Shown here piece by piece: positions 48,075 to 60,000 of a stretch of 64,000 nt of DNA. Location of the stretch: the NCBI GenBank assembly GCA_002269645.1, contig NIVC01000030.1, forward strand, positions 26,570 through 90,569, given 5' to 3'. A model generated the notes under the pieces. The model saw only the letters and a list, made by a program, of their open reading frames with translations. It did not search any database and was not told the DNA's origin. The position numbers were made by a program, and so were the translations under genes. The stretch is from Macrostomum lignano. Its lineage: Eukaryota. Every line of letters begins with the position of its first letter. Position 1 is the first letter of the stretch.

Positions 48075-51000
48075 TCAAGTGGCAATCGTGAAGACATTTG
48101 GTGGGGCCGGTTTTGTCGGTTTGGCGTGTCGCAGCGACACGGTTGATCCGTAGTCCAGCTGACCCGGCGCGCCCGGCATGTTGGCAATGTTCCGCCCGGC
48201 CATGGCCATGGCATTCTCTGTCACCTGTTTGAATGCCAGCTGAGCTTTGTGCCTTCGCCAGGCCCGCTGTAAAGTCTTGGCCGCGATATCCTCTTTCTTG
48301 CGTCGCATTGTGGTTGAGATGGCCACCGTGCGGACTCTGGTTGGAAAAGTGTCGCGGAATTTCTTCTCAATTTCGTTCATTGTGTCGCGGAACTGGTCCG
48401 AGTCTTCGATATCGCCGAGAACGTTGCGGACCAGCGATACCAGGATGTCTAGACAGTGCAACTTGTCGCCTTCGACGATGGCTATGTCGAATGAGGTCAG
48501 GGCGATGATATTCGGCTTTGGTATGCCGAGCGGCTCTTCTAGGTCAGCGACGAAGTCGGATAATAAGTCGTATTTGATGTACTGCGACGCATGCGGGTCG
48601 TACCGCTCCCACACCTGATAAAACATCTCGAAATCGTCATCGGTGATGCCGACCTCCTCTTGTTCGTGCGCCTGGCTGAAGTTCTCCAGAATGATTGCAA
48701 TGTACAAATTGATAACGATCAATCTGGTGAAGAACACGAAGGTTACCATGTAGAGAATGGCCACCTCAGGTATCGAGCAGTTGCCATTGCTGGACTCCTT
48801 AGCAACGCCGTTCCGTATGATGTGGGTGCTGTTGCAGCTCGGGGGTTTAACCATAAGGCCATCGAGAACGTCGTTCCATCCGGCGCTGGTAATCAGCCGG
48901 AACAGCAGTACCATGCTCCTGCCGAAGGTCTCAAAGTTGACGAGGTCGTTGATAGCGCCATTGTGAATGACGTTGCCCCATAGGCTCATGCCAACTATTG
49001 AGTAGATGAATACAATCAGAGCTAACAGAGCACCAATGTTGAACAGGGCTGGTAGTGATATCACCAGAGCGAACAGCAACTGTCTGATGCCTTTAGCCGC
49101 TTTGATAAGGCGCAGAACTCGACCGATTCTGAATATTCTGACTACTCGAAGTAGCGTTGGCTGCACAAACACGTTGCTGACTGAGTCGCTCAGGATGGCA
49201 CCTATTAATTATATGGTGAAAAAAAACAAGAGATAATGATGATTAATATCTCACCTTCTGGACTTGCGTATTGCAAATCTACCAAGTCAATTGCGTCGTT
49301 CTTTGTATATGAGTGTTCCAATGCTCCTCCTATCATAGCCACCATGACTTACCAACAATACTGAGTATGACGATAACAAAATCGAAAACGTTCCATGCGA
49401 ATCGGAAATAGTGCCATCTGAGACCAATTATCTTGATGATTGCTTCAACAGTGAACACGGCCGTGAAAATGATGTTAATTAAGCTGAGGCACTGGGTGAT
49501 CGCTGGTTGTTCCTTGTAGTGATCGATCATCATCGCCACCATGTTGAGGAATATCAGAATAACAATCACCATCTCGAATTTGCTGCTCATGGCAACATCG
49601 AAGAAGAAGTCTTGGAATCGGTTCTGTAGGATGTTTTTAGGTTAAAAAGAGTTAATTACATTAAATCTTGCTTTGGAGAATCAACACTTACAAATCAAAA
49701 TGCACAAACCTTGGGTCTCTGTACAGTCTTCTGCGGTTTCTTCTTACCTAGCTTTCTCATTGTGTGATAATAGCTGCGCTGGCTCGGAGTCAAAAACATT
49801 TCAAGAACGTTTTCTTTCTAAAAAAATCAAACACAGTGAACGTCAAAATCATAACCATTACAACGAAGCTTCACTCTAAAAATCAGTTTTGTGTATTCAA
49901 TATTATTGTTTTGAAAGCTGCACCACGTACCTTTCGTTTCAACGAGTAGAAATTGTCAATAATGACACCAATGAACAGATTTAGGGTGAAGAATGCGCCA
50001 ACAATGATAAAGATGACGAAAAATACGTAATAACCGAGAGAAGCCTCCCGCTTCGGCTGCTGATCGACGCCCGTCACATCGACCCCGGATTTCATCAGCT
50101 CCATCCAGCCTTCGAAGGTGGCCTGGGTGAGGAGCGTTGGATTGAGTATTGAAGGTGCAACTTGATTGGCGTTTATGAACTAATTGTTGTCAAGATTATT
50201 CTAATACAAAATTGCTAGTAATGCCTTCAATACAATTACTTAAGACTATTGCTAAATATTCTTCCGACTACGAGCTATCAACATATTACTTAAAGTAGAC
50301 AACCTCCGAGTCTTATGACTCATGGCTCATACTAACCTCCGACTCTTATGACTCATGGCTCATACCAACCTCCGAGTCGTATGACTCATGGCTCATACTA
50401 ACCTCCGAGTCTTATGACTCATGGCTCATACTAACCTCCGACTCTTATGACTCATGGCTCATACCAACCTCCGAGTCTTATGACTCATGGCTCATACTAA
50501 CCTCCGACTCTTATGACTCATGGCTCATACTAACCTCCGACTCTTATGACTCATGGCTCATACCAACCTCCGAGTCTTATGACTCATGGCTCATACTAAC
50601 CTCCGCGTCTTATGACTCATGGCTCATACTAACCTCCGACTCTTATGCCTCATGGCTCATACCAACTTCCGCGTCTTATGACTCATGGCTCATACTAACC
50701 TCCGACTCTTATGACTCATGGCTCATACCAACCTCCGAGTCTTATGACTCATGGCTCATACCAACCTCCGAGTCTTATGACTCATGGCTCATACTAACCT
50801 CCGAGTCTTATGACTCATGGCTCATACTAACCTCCGAGTCTTATGACTCATGGCTCATACCAACCTCCGAGTCTTATGACTCATGGCTCATACTAACCTC
50901 CGACTCTTATGACTCATGGCTCATACTAACCTCCGACTCTTATGACTCATGGCTCATACCAACCTCCGAGTCTTATGACTCATGGCTCATACTAACCTCC

Positions 51001-54000
51001 GCGTCTTATGACTCATGGCTCATACTAACCTCCGCGTCTTATGACTCATGGCTCATACTAACCTCCGACTCTTATGACTCATGGCTCATACTAACCTCCG
51101 ACTCTTATGACTCATGGCTCATACTAACCTCCGACTCTTATGACTCATGGCTCATACCAACTTCCGCGTCTTATGACTCATGGCTCATACTAACCTCCGA
51201 CTCTTATGACTCATGGCTCATACCAACCTCCGACTCTTATGACTCATGGCTCATACCAACCTCCGACTCTTATGACTCATGGCTCATACTAACCTCCGCG
51301 TCTTATGACTCATGGCTCATACTAACCTCCGCGTCTTATTACTCATGGCTCATACTAACCTCCGACTCTTATGACTCATGGCTCATACTAACCTCCGAGT
51401 CTTATGACTCATGGCTCATACCAACCTCCGAGTCTTATGACTCATGGCTCATACCAGCCTCCAGAGCTTATGACTCCAGGGACATGTCTTACAATAATTT
51501 AGTATCAAAATTTACGCTATCTTCGCATCTTTTTGAATAAAGAATTTTGTGAGCCTGAGAACAATAAGCCTAATATAGATGCATACAGTGCTAGGAGCCA
51601 GTTGTCTAGGCTGATAGTACTTACAATTTGAAACAGCGCTATGTAGCCAATGAACACATTGTCAAAGTTGATGTTAGTATTAGTCCAGGAGTAACCAGCC
51701 GCTGAGTTGTTCTCGCACTGAGTTTTGTTCTGTATGACGCTATAATCCAACTGATTGCCTTCTGAGTCCTGACAAAAGTAGAATTTGCCTTTGAAGAATT
51801 GCACTCCAGTGATGCTGAATATTAGCCAGAACACCATGCACACTAGCAGCACGTTGCCGATGGATGGTACAGCTTTAACCAGGCAGTTGACCACGATCTG
51901 TTGTAATAGTATATTGTTAAAGGTAATGTAAGAAGTACGCGTACATTATTTAAATGTAGATTGTCTAACACTTATAAAGATTTCAGACATGTAATTCATA
52001 GAGTGATGGGAAGAGTGCAACTTAGCGGTTAACGTTTCTGGCTCCTTTTCCAAAAGGACCAACTGTGGTATTACAGGATCTAAAACTTAAATATAGTATG
52101 AAAATGGAATTTTCACTACACAGCTTAATGGTAATTCTTCACTTACCCCAGATCAAATGCAATCATTGATTTTGTGATGAAAACTGATTATTTTCCTATC
52201 TCCTCAGTGTGTGTACTTTTACCGAGAAATTGGCTTCCAAAAATTTACACAATCTTTGAATTTAGCGTCCTGTTTTACAAAGTATGGTCTTTGTTACTAA
52301 GGCGTGTTCATGAGAGAAAAACAGAGCCTTCTGTACATGCAGTGTGATTATTTGTTTACAAGGGTTCGTCAGCAGAACGGGCGTGACTGCTTGTTGGGCA
52401 TCACTGCTCTTTCTGGAACTCTGGATCTTATTCTTATGTCCCGGGGTGCTAATTGCTCATGTTAGCCCTCACCTTCATGCCTTCCCAACGGCTCACGGTC
52501 CTCAGCGGTCGGAATGCTCGCAAGGCTCTCAGTACCCTGAGCGCGCTGATCTGGCCAGCATTGGTTGTCAGGGCGCTGATCATCAAGTCAGCAATCGATA
52601 TCTGCGGTATTGATTGATTATATCCAACTATACATATATCTTTCATATTTTACTTCATATATTACTTCATATACTTCATTGCTACGAAGACAATTCCTCT
52701 TTGCCATACTCACACAAACGATAATACAGTCAAGGATGCTCCAAAACTCGGTGAAGTATTTCTTAAATCCCATAGAGACCCATTTGAGCACCATTTCGAT
52801 GCAGAATATTATGGTGAATACAATGTCCAGGTAGCCTAGGACCGTCTTCAGTGTTGGCTGGTCATCCAGGTAAATGTCTTCGAAGCACTGGAAGAGTGAA
52901 TCAATGGGTTTTCGTTTTATTCAAACTAGTTCTGAAAATCCAAGTCTCATAGTTCTGCTACAACGTCTAAAGGGTCTAGGGGGGGGGGGGGTCGTCGTCC
53001 TTTGCGTCCTTATTAGACGGGTCGGAAAACGGCCACTGGCCTCCCTCTATCCGGCCCTCGGGTCCTTTGAAACTTGACCCAATAGAAATCCGGCCTGCTC
53101 AAGGCTTGTGTCTCTTCTCAGCTGTCTTCACTCTGATCTCCTCTTTTCTCGTCTCCTTTCTTCTTCTATATTCCCCAGCCTCTTCCTGTCTTTGTCATTA
53201 CCAGACAAATCGAGCTGGCAAAGATGATGCACAAAATAATGCCTTCGAACACTTTGTGCGAGGTGATCTTCAGGGCGCCGCTTCTGAACTTGGTCCACCG
53301 ATCGCCGTGAGGCGTGCCTGCCAGGCACAAGCAGCAGGAGCAGAAGGAGCACTTTGCTCCCGGCTGGCACGGTCTCATGCACACCGGACAGCAACAGTCG
53401 ACTAGTATGCTATCCTGGTCTCCTTCGTTTTCTCCGTCTTTGTCGGCCTCTTTGTCCTCGTCGCCAGTTGGCTCGTCAACAATTACGCCGTCGGCGTCGG
53501 CGCCGTGGTCTTTGCGGTGTCGCTTTCGATGGTGTCGCTTGTGCTTCTTCTTGCCGTGATGACGCTTGCCGTGCTCGTGTCCAGGCTCTGGTGTTTGGGG
53601 ACGAGTTGCTCGTAAGTCAATCAATCATTTGCCACATGGATACGTACTCAAGCACAAGCTCGCCTCAGGGTTTACAGCGGCTGACTTTCTTCTTGTTTCA
53701 TTTCTAACTCCATTCTGACGTAGACATTGACCCTTGTGAAGTAGAGTTAGGGTAGGGCTCCCCTCTGCTTCGAGGTAGATGTTGTAAGCCTAAGTGGTTG
53801 GAGCGTTGGACTCACGACTGAACGGTCGGGGGTTCTTGAGCAAGACACTTAATTCTGCATTGCTTCATTGCTTGAGTTCACCCAGCTGTAAAATGGGTGC
53901 CAGCATTAGCTGGGTTAATTGAGTGTGTGTGTGGCGACCCCCCTCCCAATCCTTGGACTGAACAGCCGTACGCAGCCCTCAGATGCACCGCGCAATAGCT

Positions 54001-57000
54001 GCGGCTGAGCTGTCGGTTGCACATCTGGCCATTAAGGGCAGGTGTAATCAATTATCGTGATTAAATATTATTCCCTCCTGCGCTACCGACACCTACAGAA
54101 ATCAATCCTAATATTCCCCTCACTGTGGCCTGGCGGTGTATTGTCGCTGCCGAGGGCGCTGTCCAAGTCAGCGTGCGTCTTGGCAGGAGCATCTACGGCT
54201 TTGCCGTCCGCCGCATCGCCTTCCTTGGCTTTGGCCTCCTCTTCTTCTTCTGAGCCTTTCTTCTTTCTCGTTGGACAGCAGCAGCAGCAATACCGTTTGA
54301 TCCGGTCCAAGGCCAGGGACAGCTTGGATGCATCCTGGTCGCTGTCATCTTTGCCGAGCTTGTCGTTGCTGAACGAGTTTAATAGCAGAGCCAAAAAAAG
54401 ATTGAGCACCTGGTTGAGAGAATGAGTAAGTTTTCAGAGTAAATTGATCAGCCGTACATACATAACAGGTGACACCTTATATCTAACAGGTGACACCTCA
54501 CATCTAACAGGAGACACCTCATATCTAACATTTGACATCTCATATCTACGAGCGAACATGTGAAGTCTCATATCTACGAGCGAACATGTGAAGTCTCATA
54601 TCTAACGTGTGACACCTCCTATCTAACATATAACACATCATATCTAACATGAGATACCTCATATCTAACAGGCTACAACTCATATCCAACGGAGGACACT
54701 TCGTATTTACCAGGTGACACCTCGTATCTAACATTTGACACATCATGTATAAATGTGACACCTCCTATCTAACATGTAACACATCATATCTAACATGGGA
54801 TACCTCATATCTAACAGGTTACAACTCATATCTAACATGTGACACCTCGTATCTAACATGTGACACCTCGTATCTAACATTTGCTACCTCATATCTAACA
54901 TGTAGCACATCATATCTAACAGGTTACAACTCATGTGACACCTCATCTAACAGCGACTTGCCACCAAAATGAAGACAACAAACCCACCATGAAATTCCCC
55001 AGAATCAGGGATGGGAAGAACACCAGAGCACACAGCTCCCCATTCGCTCGCATGCAGTCCCACAGCGCCTCGATCCACTCGCCGCACAGAATCCTGAACA
55101 CCATCAGCATGCTGTGCCCGAAGTCTTCGAAGTTCCACCTCGGAATATCGTTGGCGGAGCCGAAAACGGCAGCAGTGTATGTTTTCATAAACAGCTGCTT
55201 GCCAATGACGGCAAATATGAAGATGATGATGAACAAGATGAAGGTCAGGTTTCCAACCGCTCCAATGGCCGAGAAGATGATCAGCAGCAGTTTTCGCATT
55301 GTCACCCACGACTGAGCCAATCTGAACACTCGAAACTGTTGGTGAGGATAGTGTAAGATTTTATTCTAGATTTGAATAAGTTACTTATTGTAGGACCGCC
55401 CACTGTAATTACCCCGATACAGAACCGCTACAGCACATCTAACAGCATTTTTACAGAAACTCACTACAGTATCTCTGACAGAACCACTACAGCACTACTA
55501 CAGCTAACAGAGTCGAAAAGATTAGCTGTAAACTTTTACAGCACTCCGCACTGTCATACAGAAACCTTACAGTATCATTACAGCCTTTTTGTATCACTCC
55601 CTACAGTATACAGTGTTTTTACAGCACCCGACAGCTCCCCTACAGTCCATCTTAAAGTCAATCCTACAACACTCCTGCAGCACATCTTACAGCACCCGTA
55701 CCGCAAATCCTACAGCACCCCTACAGCACCTCAGCAGCAAATCCTACTGAGCCTCTGCAGCAAATCCTATAGCACCCTTACAACACTCCTACAGCACCCC
55801 TACAGACCATCGCTACAGAACCCTAAGCAGTGTACACCAGTTGTCGCCTCACCAATCGGAACGACCGAAAAATGGACAGTCCATCAACGTCCTGGACCGT
55901 GAGGTCAATCAGGCTAGCAATAACTACTACGAAGTCGAATATATTCCAACCGGACAAAAAGTACTCTCTGCTCATTGCGAATATTTTTAAGACGGCTTCC
56001 ACGGTGAACACAATGGTGAAAGCCTGCAATTTAAAAACAGAAATTTTATGTAGTCGTCAAGGTTGGGCAGTTTTTTAAGAGCGCACAGGCATTAACACGC
56101 ATTTAACAAAAGCCTTGTACAGGCGTGCAAATACAATTGCGCGCTTAAACAAATAAGAATTCGCACTAATGCAAACAGTAGTGAGCGCTTATACAAATCA
56201 TAGTGAACGCTTGTACAAATCATAGTGCGCCCTTACACAAATCATAATACACGCTTCAGAAGGCGCTCTGTAGTTAATATCTAGTGCAATATGTCAAATG
56301 AATAAAAAAAAACTCACTATGTTAATCCAGTCCAAAGCGTTCGAGTATGAGGGAGACATAGGATAATACTCGCTAGCCATAAACACCGTATTGGCCACGA
56401 TGCAAAACGTGATAAACAAATCAAAAAACGGGTCCGTAACGAATTTGAAGAGGCCGTTTTGAAATTTTAACCAGCAAATGTAGTTTCGACAGCATGTGCC
56501 GCAGCAAGGGCAATTCCGGTCCACGTACTCCTTGCCATCGTCTGGAGTTGAATTTGTGTGATTTTAGTATACGTGGACTAGCCACTGAGCCCCCCGTTGA
56601 GGCTAGCACATATGCCTTTCTAGTACTCAGCGAACATGAAAGGATCTACTTCTTCCTTGTTTTTGACTTCACCCTTAGCTCTAATCTATTCTCGATCCCT
56701 AGCTCTACCTCCTCTTCTATTCTCTATCCCTAGCTCTACATTCTCTTTTTTACCCCCTAGCTCTATCCCCTTTTTTCTACCCCTTTGCTCTACCTCCCTC
56801 TACGAGAGCATAAAAACCTTCCATACCAGCAACAACAATGACAGGTTTATCCTCATCATCGTCGTCCTTGTCGTCGAGTTGCAATTCCACGGTGATGTCA
56901 TTTTCTGTGTCCGGTGCATTGGAATTCTCAGCCCCAGGCGCTGTTGTCTCCTGCTTGAGAGGGCAGAGCAGAGTGCAGAGATTTCAAGTAAGAACGTCTC

Positions 57001-60000
57001 TTTTAAAGCTCATAATTTGTCTAATAGAGCTATTCACTCAGCTACCACTATAAGCTAACACTGAACTACCACCGAGCTACCGCTGAACTACCACTGAACT
57101 ACCACCGAGCTACCGCTGAACTACCACTGAACTACCACCGAGCTACCGCTGAACTACCACTGAACTACCACCGAGCTACCGCTGAACTACCACTGAGCTA
57201 CCACCAAAATACGTTTGCACAACCACTGAGCTACCACTGAACTACTATTTAGCTGCATTTGAGCTACTTTCACTCACAGCTTTCGCTGGCACTTCCGCCT
57301 GGCTTCCCATGCCACTGTCACTTTCTCCTTTGCCTTTGCCGCCAGCCTCCGTTGCTGTCTTCATCAGCTGCTTGGTGTCCACGCTGCCGGTCTCCGTAGC
57401 TGTCTCACCGTCGTCCTGCTTGCCACTGGAAGACTTGCCCTTCTTGTCTTTATCGGTGGCTCCGTCTTCGCTGTTTGTCGACTTTTGCTTGCCTTTCTTC
57501 TTCTTCTTCTTCTTCTTATCGTTTTTGTCAGCCTCTCCTAAGTCGTCTTTCTTTGTCTCCTTCGACTTTTCTGCAGCCGCGTTCTTCTTCTGCTGGCGCT
57601 TCTTCTGCTTTCGCTCCGACTTCTCGCGTTCTTCGGCCTGTTGCATGACGGAGAAAGTTGGTAATGGGGTTGTGGGTCAGACTCCGGTTGATGGGTTACT
57701 AGCGCTGTGGGTCAGATTACAGATGTATGGTTTTGGGTCAGATTTCGGGATGGGTCAGACTACAGATGGGTCAGACTGCAGATCTGTCAGACTGCATATG
57801 GGTCGGATTGCAGATGGGTCAGACTGCAGATGGGTCAGACTGCAAATGGGTCAGACTGCAGATGTATGGTTTTGGGTCACACTACAGATGGGTCAGACTG
57901 TAGATGGGTCAGTAGTGTGGCAAGTGTGTATGAGTAAGTCAAAAATGAGTAAAAGCAAAAGTACACATCCATTCTTGGGCAAGAATGGACCAATAATGTG
58001 ACGCACAATTTACACTAAATAGATATTAGAGTGATTCGTATATACATATATAGAAAGATAGCCCAAAAACGTGCCATTTAAGTTGGTGACTTTAGCTGCA
58101 AACCTACTTGCACTTGTAAATAAAATACAAACAGGATAGTTGCATAATTGATTAACCAATTACAAGATTATAATTACTCGTATTGTGATATTCAAATATC
58201 TATTAGTATCCAACGGCTCATTGAATATTTATAACCTAAGAGTTTGTGTAAAACGAGCATCCAAAAAACAGCTATTTCAAAGACATAAGCGAGTGAATGA
58301 ATAAATTGAGTGAACTTAATAATCGCAGATAGATTAATAAATACAAGAAATTGCTGAAGTTTTCCGTTCTGTTCAAAAATAACTATTAAAAATTGATATT
58401 TTTTACAATCTTACTAGCAACTGCTCCGATTCCTGAAGAGGGATTTTTTAATGTTTTTTATCTTTTGCTATGCTTTTCACCCTACTTAAAGTAGGTGTAC
58501 ACAGAAATTTCTCAGAATTCCATTCTGCGTCCTTCTCACCCTTACCGTTCCAGTCTCGACGCCATTGGCGGTGACGTCAGGCTGTTCAACTGACGCTTGG
58601 AATTTTTTGTTTTTCTACACGATGGAGTTGAGAGAAGAAGAAACACGGTTTAAGTGATCAATTTCTGAATGCACTTTTATTTGGGAGTTGAGGAATTTTA
58701 AATTCGCGATGAACTTTTAGCAAAGTGGGTTTTATTTAATTTTTTGAACGCTTTCTATTTTTAAAATGCAGTAATTTAGGCCTAACTACTGAAAATAGTT
58801 TTCTCTTTGATATTTTATTAGAGGCAGGGACTGTGTGCACCCTGGCACACACTCACACAGGAGTGTACATCGGCCCTAACTTTATTTATCGTTAGGCATG
58901 TACACTTTGAACACTGTGCCATAGGAGTTGGCCCTCATCGTTAATTGCACGAGCAGAGCCAAGCCGAGATTCCAATTTAGCCCAAAATTAATGCGACTGC
59001 ACTTGGAATCGAGCCTGGGCCGCTGGCACATCAGAGCGCCGCGCCAGACCGCTGGGCTATACGGACCCATGTTTTACATGTACACATTCTTCAAGTCAAT
59101 TAAAACAAACATATTTTAATTTAGAAAATACCTTTCCTGTGGCGGCCGCCTGCTCTTGATAGCTCATGGTGACCACGGCAAGCATCAGGTTGATCAGGTA
59201 AAACGAGCCCATAAATACGATAACAACGAAAAAGATCACGTTCCATGGGCCGCTGGTTCGTACCACCTGTTTTATGTTTTTTAGTGCATGTGGGGTGTGT
59301 GTACTTCAGCTACTCTTAGTAGTGTAGCAGTGTATCAAGTGTAAATTTAAATATACATTCTATCAAGAAGATTACCTGTTCTATCAAAATGATCACCTGT
59401 TCTATCAAAATGATCACCTGTTCTATCAGAATGATTACCTGTGCTATCAAAATGATTACCTGTGCTATCAAAATGATCACCTGTGCTATCAAAATGATCA
59501 CCTGTTCTACCGGAAAATCTAAACCAGTTGAACAACAGGCGTAACCAGTTGGACAAAAAATGTTACCAGTTAGACTCAGGTGTAACCAGTTAGACACAGG
59601 TGTAACCAGTTAGACACAGGTGTAACCAGTTGGACAAAAAATGTTACCAGTTAGACTCAGGTGTAACCAGTTAGACACAGGTGTAACCAGTTAGACACAG
59701 GTGTAACCAGTTAGACTCAGGTGTAACCAGTTAGACACAGGTGTAACCAGTTAGACACAGGTGTAACCAGTTAGACTCAGGTGTAACCAGTTTGACTCAG
59801 GTGTAACCAGTTAGACACAGGTGTAACCAGTTAGACACAGGTGTAACCAGTTAGACACAGGTGTAACCAGTTAGACACAGGTGTAACCAGTTAGACACAG
59901 GTGGTAACCAGTTAGACACAGGTGTAACCTGTTAGACTCAGGTGTAACCAGTTAGACTCAGGTGTAACCAGTTAGACACAGGTGTAACCAGTTAGACACA

